Made by a program: the position numbers and the translations under genes. Below are positions 1 through 12,368 of a DNA stretch of 64,000 bases, one piece after another. The notes under the pieces were generated by a model. The model saw only the letters and a program-made list of their open reading frames with translations, ran no database searches and was not told the origin of the DNA. This stretch comes from Schmidtea nova (Eukaryota): NCBI GenBank assembly GCA_044892505.1, contig CM097882.1, positions 407,278,001 through 407,342,000 of the forward strand, in the 5' to 3' direction. The first letter of the stretch is position 1, and each line of letters opens with the position of its first letter.

Positions 1-3000
1 TGGGTAGATATCTTCAAATGCACCTTACTCAATTAGTGTTTGTGACAATGGTCTGTCAAAACACAGTTCAGATTTTGCACTAATAATTTTTCAAAAGTTG
101 TTTGACATTCTTTAATATTTTTGTTTATATGTTTCTTACTGGGTCTTTACATTTAAAGATTCCACCATGTTGTTTACTTTCATTAAATACATTAGCCACT
201 TTATTAATTACTTGTGGTAAATGATGAATTACGTCAATTAGTAAATCTGTAATATCATTTGACTTTAAAGATATTATTATTTAATATATCATTGGCAGTT
301 TTCATGTCAAATATTTCTATACGTCTAGGAATTTGTAATGCAAATCGACCTATTAATTAATCAGTAATAGAAAGTCCGAGTCAATGGAAAACCCGAAGCG
401 CATTGGAGACCTGAGAGATCAAAATTTGAGTAATTAAAGATACAATCCACCTAAGCGCTAGTAAGGGATGGACAATTTAATTTGTTATTGTCCCAATTAG
501 AACCAAAGATTTTCAGCAATAATTAATTAATTTTAGACAATCAACTAAAATTAATGGTATAAAGAAAGCAGAAAATAGACGAACGGCCAGTGTGTTTAGG
601 AAATTTAACTTAAAATTATTATTGGTGGGGAATAAAAAGAATTGTAAAAGACTTAAAGAGATAAGAAAGGAAACCACTGAAATAATTTTTTATCTAAATT
701 AGAAGTATCTGAAAAGCAATTGCCTCTTGGGAACTGCCTTACGTTTAACAAAATCCTTACCAAAATGAAAGTGCAAATTATTTACAAAGTAAAATTTGTT
801 ATATCAGTGAAAATAAATTGTTCTGTGTTGGTAGTTATTGACTTTCGATAAATAAAAGGATAGAAGTCCGACTTTACACCTATCTAGTGTTTAAACAAAA
901 TAAATAGGAATAAGATACAAACAGAGTTTAGCTAAATTTTTACATAAAAAATATAGAAATTCAAAAAACATAAAAATAATAATCATTTATACCAAAATAA
1001 CAGTGATTGAATATCCCCGAGTGCGTGCGTTTCTAAAGGAATTTTCGAATTCCGAATTGAGTGATGATGATATGTTGAGTAGGACAAAATGAATGTGAAA
1101 TTGTTTGCATATTAAAAGAAGTTTTGGTTGAATGCCTCAGATTGATGTTACGTTGAATCGGTGTGTTTTGAATATATCTTTTGCTATTTAATAAATCGAA
1201 CAGAAGATCGACGAATTAAAGAAGAAACCTACCGAAGCCGCACGGTGCTACCAACGCATCGACGTCTGACTCGCCGACATAAAGGCGGACAAACAGGTAA
1301 ACGCTGATGCGTTACGCAAAATGAGGACCAGGATAGAGAAGCCTCGGTCCCACTGTCGCTGTCGCTCAATGTAAACAACATGGACCAGCAAGGAGAATGG
1401 CGACAAATGGAAAAGACAGAATCAAATATTGCAACATCAGGCCGTCGAAGACGCTGTCTAGTTGAGAGCGTGCAAGATGATGGTACGGGGATGGACGCGG
1501 TAATCGCGAAACTGCAAACCGAGAGTGGCTTATTTCGGCCATTCTACCCAAAGTGGCCTTTCCAGTGTTCAAGCTGTTCCCTGTTCGAGCAGAAGATGAG
1601 CAGCCTGTCATCAAAAACACCAAAAAGCCGAAAAGCTGGAAGCCCAGCAACGAAGTCAGGTCTAAGTAAGAAAAAAAGAGAAGAAGCCTGTATGCTGGGG
1701 CAAATTTGGAAAACCTGCACGGAAACAATAGACCTCGCTGTATGTGAGCAAAGTAATCCCTTGTTTTCAAACTATGACACCTATATGTGATTGATTTTAT
1801 TGTGATATGTATTGTTTGCTGTTTATTCTCGTACATATTAACAAGTTTTAATGACAATTATATCTTCTGTGTACTTTTTACATTTTCCTTATTATAATAA
1901 AAAATAGTTAGTAGTAATCTTATGAATATTATATCAGAGTTGATTGTAGAACCCCAGAAGTGCTTTTCACCCGAGTATAATTGCAGCAAATAATTGAGAC
2001 AAATAGTATAATAATTCTGTTAAAGGACTCAAATAGACATTAGACCTTCTATCGGTAGCCCTTGAACCCAGGAGATGTTCAGTCAATCATAATTTCGATT
2101 TTTTAGACGCTCATTGTTTGATGACATCCACCCATTTGTTGAATTACCAACTTTACACAGTGACGGGCAACAAGATAGTTATACTAATGTTTTGTATGTT
2201 GAGTTGTTGATAGGAGCCACAGTAACGTCAAGGTCATATTGACGATCAACAATCCACCAGGGGCGAAGCAAAAATGTATATAGTAAACGTTTAACCACCA
2301 TAACCCAGAAAATTTTTTACAAAAGTAATTTAGGTACTATGACAGATTTAAACTTGTATTTTATTTATTTTTCGAGCTTATTGAATTTTTTTTATTTAAT
2401 ATGACTTTTTCACAAATATGGTTCTTACTTTTTATTCTAATAAAACTTTTTTATTTTTTCAATTTTCATATATTTAATATGTTTATTTGCATCTTGTTAT
2501 TTATTTTTATTCAGTTCTTGAGGTGCTGGTGGTTTGGTGTTAACAAGACACTAAATCTTTCAGATTCCACTAGACTCCATTAACATTAAAGTGGAAAATA
2601 ATAGAAACCGTAATGTAAAATTATCCATTGTTAAATATTAACAGCACCAAACAGTGAATAAAAAATAATCTTTTATTTTTCAGTTTATTCTACAAATAAA
2701 TCATTCCTATTTAACCGTTTAAAAATATTATATTTATTAAATTAAATGAAAAATGAAAATTGTTTTAATTATTTATACAATATCGAATTTTAAAATAGAT
2801 TTGTAAAATTTGAAATGTTTTTAAGGTAGACTAAATGTATATTCAATAATTGTGGTGCTACTGAATTAACATATCAGGTGAGAATTCATTTTATATACTT
2901 TATATAATCAATTTTATATTTCCTTTACAAAATATAGTTTATTTATTGAAACACAAATTTCTAATTTAATAACTTTTAAACACGTTAAATTTAAATTAAT

Positions 3001-3224
3001 TATTTGATTACGCATTGCTCGATAGCGTTTAAGAAATTTGAATTAAATGAGATAATATTTATGTACTAAAGGAATAGCAGATTTTATATTGATCGTCTTA
3101 ACAAGAACTGTTGGCGTTACGTTGCTGATTATATTTTTGTAATTTTAACCTTAAAAGAAAATTTTATTTGTCTAGTGTCGTAACGCAACATAAAAATTTC
3201 ACTGCCCATGTACCCGTAAATACC

Positions 3225-6200
3225 CTAGGTATTTAGCTTCTTTTCAAAAACTACTCCCGATTCAATCATTATCGCGGGTTTCCTAATGACCGATAGAAGG
3301 TTTTCACTTAATCCCATCTCACCCTTGGCACTGGTCACTAATTCTGGGTGTATACATTCTATTGTTGACTCTAGCGTTGTGTGTGCACTATCAGTATTAT
3401 TCCTAAAAGACTTTACTATCAATATTAGCCAAAAAGCAACGATTAAAGAAAAAATCGACACGATATCATACATATATTTACGGTTATTCATCACATTACA
3501 GGTTCTCAATCGCTTGTAGCCTATTTCTTTATTCTATTATCTGCCTTTTCCATCTTTCTCGTTTTTGAGAACTAATTCTCTTTCACTTCCTCTTAGGCGG
3601 TTGTTCGGCTATCCCTATCGCAGGGTTTTCAACTGAAGTAGCCTATGGGTACCACTCAGATACGGTCAACGGCCGGATCAAACTCTCAAACTCCGGCCTC
3701 GAGCTCTAATTTAAGGTCTTCGTATGCTTCCCGTACTCTAGCTAAATTATCTAGTTGCGTCTTCATACTCGCCGACGAAAAATATGTGCCTTCAAGCTCT
3801 GCGGACCTTCTCTTTAATACTCCTATGAGTTGGTTATTCATCGTGTCAACTTTCATGTTCATAGATTTTCCTATGTTAATAATAATTAATAAACTTTTAG
3901 AAAATTCTAGTTCATTCCGACAATAACTATCGACTTTCTATTGAGTGAAGTTCTCTACCTAAAATATCCTCGGGTGGTGATTTACGCTACCTATCGACAA
4001 CTTGTTCTACATCTCACATTTCTATAAATATCGCAGTTTACAGCTGTTAAGGTACGGTCTCCCTCCTATTTCCAATTTGATTAACTTTTAGATTTATATA
4101 ATTTCGTTCTAATGAACTTGTAACATCATTATACTTAATACATTTATTTATTAGACTTGTGACACAGATTACAACAAATAAGTGGATTATTAATTCGGTG
4201 AATCACAAATCCGATCCGGCTGGGAGAGTCGGGAATGGGTGTATTCATATCGCCATCATAGATTTCACGACCAATCTTTCAGAATTCCTCGGCTTTTTTT
4301 GTCCCTACGAATTGAATGATATTGAGACCAGCGATTTCGTTTGGGGTCTCAACAAAGTACTTATGAGTGTCTGGCGGGTAGGTTTCTTCCACGTCTATTG
4401 GCCATTCCGGCCCACCGAATCAGACTATGTGGTCGGAGGCTGTTTCGATAGATGTTAAATCAAGGCATTTCTCCTGTTCGTCTAAATGTTTCTGCGTATT
4501 AAGTAAAAATTTCACGAGCAATCTCTGATGGGATGTTTTGTTTCAAAGGCATTGCCATTAGGTTGTTGTCATATAATCTCCCGTCTCCTCGTGCGATATT
4601 ATTCACCCCCGAATCTTCCCTGGACTCAAAGTTGGATGAATTAACAGATCCGTTAATCATGGTTAATTGAAAATCTATCAATAATATAAGTAATTAAGTG
4701 GTTCGGGTGGTAAGTACATTAGCTTATCCATTATGTTAATGTTGGTTATATTACGGACAGTTCCATTAGTTTACTCTCAGTGCTGACAAATAAAATGGTC
4801 GCCACGCGTCCCTCGCATCTCCTCTCCCCGAATCTCCTACTGACACGATTAACACAACTTCTCCGTCGTAAATTAATTACTACTAATGGATTATTCATTA
4901 AATTTCTTTTTTGCTTTCCACTACCAATTATGAACATGTACTCGATTTACCCTATTAAGTCATTACCATCTCTTCAATTACGTTAATGCATCACACGCGG
5001 TGAGGAAAAATAATCTCATCTACACGGTCGTCACTCCTACCGATCACTCTAGACCAGGGGTGGCCAACCTTTTTGGAAAAAGGGCCATTACAATATTTTT
5101 GAACCATGCGGCGGGCCGCAGGTTTGAAAGGCGTAAATTTTTATCTGATGCTTCTGAGCTAATTCCAACTAAAGGACAGGAGGAGCGCAGTAATCGCCCG
5201 TAGTGGGGTCTGAGACAACCGTTAAAAAAACAATAAAGCATTTGCGTGCATGTTAAATAAATTATGCTTCTTAGGTACAGGATAAACTGGCACTATTTAT
5301 ATTTAATGGCCCTGAATAGAAATCATAATGAATTAGGGAAATTTTCAAAATGTAATATACAATAATAATTGTTTAAAAACACATAAACATGTGAAATAAA
5401 CAATAAATATTGTTCAATCTTTACTGGCGGCAAACTTACTTTTTTTTAGTACAGTTAGTAAATCTACCAATTCAAAAAGTAAAGAAACGGGATATAAAAC
5501 ATTATATTGCAAAATAAATTGCTTGTACAAAAACACTACATTTTAACTATTCGGGGCAAATGTCTTGTAATTATTAATTATGTAATTATTAACTATATAT
5601 TCATTGTGTTGTATTTATTACAAATATTTTTTTAGTATCATTTTCGTATTTTGAAAAGTTTTTATTCTATTTTTGAAATATTAAAACATTGCGGGCCGCC
5701 AATTGATGACCCGCGGGCCGCCGGTTGGCCACTCCTGTTCTAGACAGTTCAATTATCTCCCTCATTGTCGCTTGCATGGATGCTGCTCTCCTAATGGAAT
5801 TGTTAATGGATTCACTTATTTTCCCACTACCTGTGGCTGCTGAACTCTACACGGAACTTCCCCATTTACATATCCGCAGAAAATTTTAGATTAATTCAAC
5901 GTCGAAATTCATCTGACTGGTAATTACTATTTCTCTCAAAAATGCTGACTTTAACTTAGGCTGGTTTAGACACAGGAAAAATGTTATTATATCTGGGCGC
6001 ATCTTTGCACGAAAAATAGAAACGCGATTTTATTTGCAGAACTAGTTAGTACTATATCCTCAGGGAGTAATTTGTTTTTGTTACCGATATTGAAATCTGA
6101 CATAACGACCTCGAAATTTACCTATCAACCTCGGTGTTTTCCCTATTGACATTTGCATTTTATCTATCGACATTGGTATCCCAGCACCACCGTTCGTTAT

Positions 6201-6310
6201 TCGGACCATACCTTAATTTGGATATCGACGCTCTCCTCATCCAGTCTACACCTGGCGCAAACTTAATGATTAGATCGTCGTGAAGCTGGCGACCCCACTA
6301 GCCGTCCACA
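3225..6310 (-). pseudogene. Degenerate coding region of unknown identity (possible endogenous viral element or TE), interrupted by a hAT MITE
   Basis: GC richer than its flanks, with several broken minus-strand ORF pieces. One frame reads across the empty MITE site (...ASMQATMREIIELSRVIGRSDDRVDEIIFPHRV). Minus-strand TATA-like and CCAAT motifs lie at about 6638-6675. No family recognised. Confidence 0.3.
5055..5737. mobile_element. Non-autonomous hAT (Charlie/Buster-type) MITE
   Basis: TIRs CAGGGGTGGCCAACC (5055-5069) and GGTTGGCCACTCCTG (5723-5737). 8-bp TSD ctctagac/ttctagac matches the nTCTAGAn target preference. GCGGGCCG subterminal motifs present. Confidence 0.92.
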
Positions 6311-7658
6311 ATTTCGAAATTAAACATAATCAACATTTCACTCGTACTAGAAAAAAAATAGTAAAACAAAACGATAATTTTTTGGTTAAAATATATATTA
6401 TGAATTACGACAAATATTTACAATTGAATTCTAAGATACACGATTCTTTTCAGCTTGGATGATAGACTCGGTCAGCGGCTGTCGGTTATTTTAACAAAGT
6501 GTTTTCAAACGATTCACGGGAATCTTAGTTAAAACACAAAATAAGCTAAACAACAGATTCGTTAACAAAAAGCAATATTTAATGAAACGAGATTTTTAAC
6601 TAAAACAAGTAAGATTATCTCAACTGATTGAGTGTCCCTTTATATAGTAATTTTGGCGCTCAATCAGCCAATCAAATTCGATCTAGGCCTTTAATTGGCT
6701 AGATTATTTAATTAAATAATTTTTATTTATTTTCTTTTATTGATTTATTTTTATAATTACATCATTCTTTTCTAATTTCTTTTCTTTTTATAATCTCGTA
6801 TATGTTACGGATTTTTTGTTTTTATTCCGTGTAATTTTCTTTTTCAATTCATTACAATTACTCTTTATTTTACTTTCGTTCGTTTTCTTTATTTAATTCT
6901 TTTTATTCTTTAATTTTATTAATTTTTTTTTATTTTCTCTTTTCAACCGATTTCCACTTACCGCGCTATCTCAACAGAAGTAAAAGAGCTTTTTAGTTTT
7001 ATTCGTAAAAAACAATAATAATTTTTAACTATTTAGCCTCGTTTTTGAAAAAAATATTATTATTGTTGATTAATTTTATTTTTTTTAAATATATTTTTCT
7101 GTGGAAAATTAGAATTTGTTGGTTACAGCACAAAACTTCCTTTCGATACAATTTGGAACGTAAGTATTTTATAATAAAACTAAAGCAAAAAGCATAGATA
7201 ATAATATATAAGTTTTTACAACCGGTAGGAACAAATAAAAGGATTGTACTATGAATGTCATGTAAAATCTACACAAATATTCAATTATTGGTGACTTGTA
7301 CTTATGAATAATAATCTCTTATTGAGGTTCTCATTTGTCCAGGAACTTAATATTTTAAATCAAATTTCTTAAAATTATAATTTTGTACATGATTGTCATT
7401 TGAAATATGATAGCATTGATATTGATATATTTATATTTGTACAATAGTTACAATTAAAATATCCTTTATAAATTTTATTGTCATAATGATAAAACTAGAA
7501 TACAATGATTTTCATATTAAAATTTTTGAATAAAAACGAAGCAATAAGTATTTCAACATTACCAACAAAAGAAATTAATCTATTAGTTACGTTATTGTCC
7601 TAATAAACAAAGTTTTATTTGTGGATCTGTTTTATTTTTTTAAATTTTTTTTAACTAT

Positions 7659-8240
7659 AGTAGTGGCTGATTTCAGTTTGAGTAGAATTTCTCATCATTT
7701 TTTTAACATATAAGTTGTACGATGTTAACTCATCGGCTATAGGTCAAGCTTCCCATCTAGAATTTTTTTTTTGAAAAGTAGATCAATCTAAGGTCAAATT
7801 TTACGTTTAAGGTCAATTTAAGATCAAATCTTACGTTTAAGGACACTTTCAGGACAAAAAATTGGTCAAATTTGCTTTGAGGGAACTTTAAGGACACTTT
7901 GAGGTGGGAATTGACTTTTAAGGTCATAAAGTAGGTCGATTTCAGTCACGAATTAAGGAGGTCAAATTAATTAGGTCTAATATTTTTAAGGTTGAAATCA
8001 GGACAAATTAAGTAAGTCAAATATAATTTGTAAAAATAAGTAGGCCAATAATTATCGAAATTTTTCTATTTCAGAATTAATTAGGTAAAATAGAAAACTT
8101 GAAAAATTTTTCTGCCAGAATTAAATATTAAGTGTACAAGGCACTTTGACTCACATAGCATTGTAAGTGCAAATTTAACAAAGCTGCAAGCTGCAAGGTT
8201 AACAAAGACATGTAAAAATAAGTTAAGAGTAATCTAGAAA
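7659..8240 (+). repeat. AAGGTCAA/AAGGACA repeat cluster, probable terminal remnant of a Polinton
   Basis: Begins AGTAGT (7659). More than ten degenerate AGGTCAA/AGGACA units lie at about 7790-8040, followed by gttaacaaagaca as in the Polinton subterminal repeats later in the window. The same motif occurs next to Polinton ends at about 22260 and 28790-28840. Confidence 0.4.
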
Positions 8241-9169
8241 ATNNNNNNNNNNNNNNNNNNNNNNNNNNNNNNNNNNNNNNNNNNNNNNNNNNNNNNNNNN
8301 NNNNNNNNNNNNNNNNNNNNNNNNNNNNNNNNNNNNNNNNNNNNNNNNNNNNNNNNNNNNNNNNNNNNNNNNNNNNNNNNNNNNNNNNNNNNNNNNNNNN
8401 NNNNNNNNNNNNNNNNNNNNNNNNNNNNNNNNNNNNNNNNNNNNNNNNNNNNNNNNNNNNNNNNNNNNNNNNNNNNNNNNNNNTTTTGTTTCACCTTTGA
8501 TCTTTTTTTAATATTAATATCAATAATTTCCATAATGGTAAGAATATAGATCAAAATTTCTTTAAACAAGTACACAATATTTCGTGCCAAAATATTGTGT
8601 AGAAATTTTGATCTAGTCTTACTATTATGGAAATTATCGATGTTAATAACTAGTATAATATTAATAATAATAATAATATATAATAATAATAAACGGGAAA
8701 AATTAAAATGATAATAAAAATAAAGTTAATTTTTTGTAAATTTTATTTTTAAAATTTTCAACTAACTTAAAGTTAAATTTTCAATGTTAAAAATTTACAT
8801 ATAAACTATATTGTGAGTGAAATTCCTTCTATTTTTCATTCTATTTTATTTTTGATACACAAACAAACAAATTAATGACGGCTATTATATGATTAATAAT
8901 ATGATAATAATAATAACAAAATAATAATGATGATAATAGTTATGATTGTAATAACAATAACAATATCAATAATAATAATAATTACGCCTTCCGTCCCACA
9001 ATAATAGTAGCAGTTGGTGAATTTAATTTGTCCCATAATAACAGTAGCAATGGAAAATAAATATCGAACGCAACATTTATTATCAAAAAAGTAAATATAA
9101 TTAAACAATAAATTAAAAATATTACTCCTAATTAGAAGTATTATTTTGAGTGTTCAGATAGTTTCTGCA

Positions 9170-9605
9170 TTTTTCAATAATTTCCTCACTGCATTTTAAA
9201 CTTGTAGGAAGGATCCCTTGGCTGCTAAGCTTTCCTTTCTCTATATGAGTGAGCTTAAAATTATTGGAACCAAGGTCCTTTATTGCTTCCAGCATAACTT
9301 GTTGAATTGACAGAAACGTATTATCTAGTATTTCGGGTCAATATTATGAAATGCCGTATTTACTGCATCTATAAATTCATCCGTATTTTTGACCGAGACT
9401 TCATGCTGTAGTGACTGTATTGAGTTAAAAAAACCCAAGTTTAACACATTAAAATCGGGATTGTTTGGTGGCTGTGATTTCATTTGTATTTTCCATCCAT
9501 CACAAAATCATAAAAAATTAAAAAAGCGGATCATCATCTTTTAGATGTGGTTTTGCGTTATCCTGTTGAATAAATATGGAGTAATGTCTTGATCCTCTTG
9601 ACCAT
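9170..9605 (-). pseudogene. Tc1/mariner transposase C-terminal fragment, DD39D-like
   Basis: Manual translation across frameshifts: IFIQQDNAKPH...QPPNNPDFNVLNLGFFNSIQSLQ...FLSIQQVMLEAIKDLGSNNFKLTH...GILP. Confidence 0.85.
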
Positions 9606-9639
9606 GAAATCTGTTGTCCGTTTTTATCATTTGTTTTCT

Positions 9640-11290
9640 TGTTTCATCAAACCAATTTGTAATCATTTAATGACATCGTCACTTCCTCTATCCCAATTTT
9701 GTCAACTTCCCAGATTTGTTGGAGCTGCTGTTGGAGCACTTCATTTGTTGTGAAATAAGATTGAATGAAGTGAGTCTGTCTACTGCACAGAATACCTGAT
9801 TGTTCTTTTGCCGATGCAAGTCCATACCAATGGTGTTAACCTAGCTATCGGTTCTCCTTCACGTCCACATATTTCTTATTGCTCTTTGTATACCCACAAA
9901 GACAGCTCCAAGAAGCGCATCCACCGATAATCTACTTCCAGCCCTTGCAAATCTGGTTCGCTTCAAATGGTCCCAGTTCTGACTTGCTTTTTTCCAATCG
10001 ATCACTCGCAATTCAATTGTTACCTTCTCTACAGACCAAGCATGAAATTCTTTGACCATCATACCATCTACCCTCATTAAATTCATTTTAACTCTGCGCT
10101 TCTAAATTTTCTCTTTTGCATCCTATTACTCCAACTGGAACATTAACTTTTGATCCTGACAATTGCAGTTTTCTAGAAACGTACATGCTAACGTAATTAA
10201 CTGTTCTTGCATCGTCTAGCAATGTGCTGACCCTTATTCTCTTTCCATTCGCTTCTAAAATAATGGGTATTCTGAGGCTTATGTAACCAATTTCTTTTGA
10301 CTTTTTAACTGTAACCAACCTGGTGACATGTGTTTGAGGTCTTTGATTGTTGTCCTCTCCCGATTCCTTCATTCTTCGAATATGTAACAAACTATGATTT
10401 TTACTCCACAGTGGTGCATAATCTCCACTCTTGAACTCCCTTTTTTCTGTCATTTACTGACAAAAGTTTGAATTTTGGGCATTGATCTAGAATCTAGATA
10501 ATGCGAACCATGCAATTTGAAACACATCAACCTGCTTTGATATTGTTGCATGATTATTCATTCTCCACCTTTACTTGAGTTTTGTTTTACCTCATTGCAA
10601 GAATTTGTAAAGTGTGAGTACTTTCTATTGTCAACCTTTTTAGAAGCCTTGAAGTATGACTGCCCGTACTGCCAATTGGAATCCTTTTCACGACCAAAGC
10701 CATATAATGTTTCATTTGTCAATCTTGTTAGGTCAGCTTCATTTCGCAACCACTCCTTTAACCGTGTTATTGATTCCTCACCTTCCTCGTTCGTTTGCTC
10801 TCTTTTCCATCGAATAAGTAAAGAAGCTGGTAATTTCTTCAACAATTGTTACAAAAGACAGCCTCTATGTAGGTCCTCTTCTCTTCCAATTTCTTTAAAC
10901 CGTACTTCCATTGATTCCAACAATCCAACGAAAATATCCAAATCTTTCATTTCTCCCTCGTGAACCGGTCGAAATTTATCCACAGTTTCTAACATAGTCA
11001 GATAACTAAGTTCTTCAATTTTTCTTTCGCCATTTTGTAACCTTCTGCGCTATAATCCAGTGTCTCTATCATTCGCAGAGGTTCACCAAACAAATACTGC
11101 CTAAGATGCAGCATTTTATCTTCTGCTGTTCCATCTGCATTGCCTATTCCCGTATTGAAGGCAGCTTTCCACGTCTCAAACTTGACCACTTTCCCATCGA
11201 AAATCGGAATTTTTATATTCTGCAACCGATTTAAACTCTTCTTTTCCCTGGGCGATTCACATTCCGATGTTTTTGATCCCTCGCTCACAA
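9640..11290 (-). mobile_element. BEL/Pao LTR retrotransposon gag-protease remnant
   Basis: IKIPIFDGKVVKFETWKAAF...KMLHLRQYLFGEP resembles DUF1759-type Gag, followed by LKKLP...W. Degenerate protease motif TLLDDARTVNYV and downstream VDALLG. Multiple stops and frameshifts. Confidence 0.85.
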
Positions 11291-11334
11291 TACTTTGTTC
11301 TGTTCTTTTTTGCTGATTTTATTTTCGTTCGTAT

Positions 11335-11996
11335 GGAGAGAAATATAAATATCCGAAGCCTGCATGTCAAAGCTTATGTTGATCATGGAAAGACTAACTC
11401 AACAGATTCGCTAGTAAGAAAGATGGTAACAAAGCAGGTTCCAAAGCCGATGAGGCTAGATTTACAGATACAAGAAAAGATGAACAGGGAAGATGTATAG
11501 TTATAAAATCTACAGCTATTTCCGTGTACAATGAAATGAATGAAGACAATTGAGCTACTGTCAAAATTTGTTCAACTTGTAACGTTAAGTGACGATGGGA
11601 AAACTGACGAAAAAAGATTTATAATCAATTTAATCGATTCTCCTGGCCACATTGATTTCAGCAGTGAAATGGAAGCGGTATTCCGAGTTAATGATGGAAC
11701 ACTTGTTTTTGCGAATTGTGTTTTCGGAGTCTGCGTTCGAACAAAGATCTTGTTGCGACAGACTATGGCTGAACAAATCAAAAAGGTTTTGTTCACGAAT
11801 AAAATGGATATGGCAGTTTAAAGTTTACAATGCGAACCGGATAATTTATGTCAAAACTTTCAAAGAGTTATTGAAAGTGTTAATGTTATTGTAGCGCAAT
11901 ATGGTGAATTGGAAGGATCAATGAGAGATATTCAAATCACACTTGAAAATGGCATTATTGGTTTCGGATCTCGATTACGAAGCTGGACTTTTGCTG
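11335..11996 (+). pseudogene. EEF2: Intronless, degenerate fragment of eukaryotic elongation factor 2 (N-terminal G domain)
   Basis: NIRS..AYVDHGKT..TDSLV; [20 protein letters not shown]; FIINLIDSPGHIDFSSE; GVCV.T..LLRQ..AE.IK.VLF.NKMD; GFGS. Frameshifts and stops, no introns. Confidence 0.92.
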
Positions 11997-12368
11997 TTGT
12001 GAGGTGTTTTCAGCTGAGAATTAAATATTTTAATAATTATTAAAATAATAATAAATTTTAAAATAATTATTATAATTAAATAGGTATTTGGAATTTTATA
12101 ATTTTAATAATTTAAAATAAGTAATTTTAATAAGTATTTAAAATTTTATAATTTTAATATTTAATATTTATTTTTAAGTCGGTAAAATATATAATTAAAT
12201 TTTAATAAAATATAATTTTATGAGTAGTTTTAGATTTATATATTTTAAAAATATTTTGTTCAAGGCTGAAAAATTGTTTAAAAATTATATAATATTTAAT
12301 TATATAATTATGTTATAAATTATATAATTATGACTTCAACTTCTCAATTTGATTTAAAAAACAACCTA

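Noticed and set aside
1366-1857. Overlapping ORFs of 136 and 163 aa in a GC-richer patch
   Set aside because: No recognisable motif. It may be a TE fragment, but I cannot support a call.
11335-11996. Functional host eEF2 gene
   Set aside because: Frameshifts, stops, substituted conserved residues, and only about a quarter of the protein is present.
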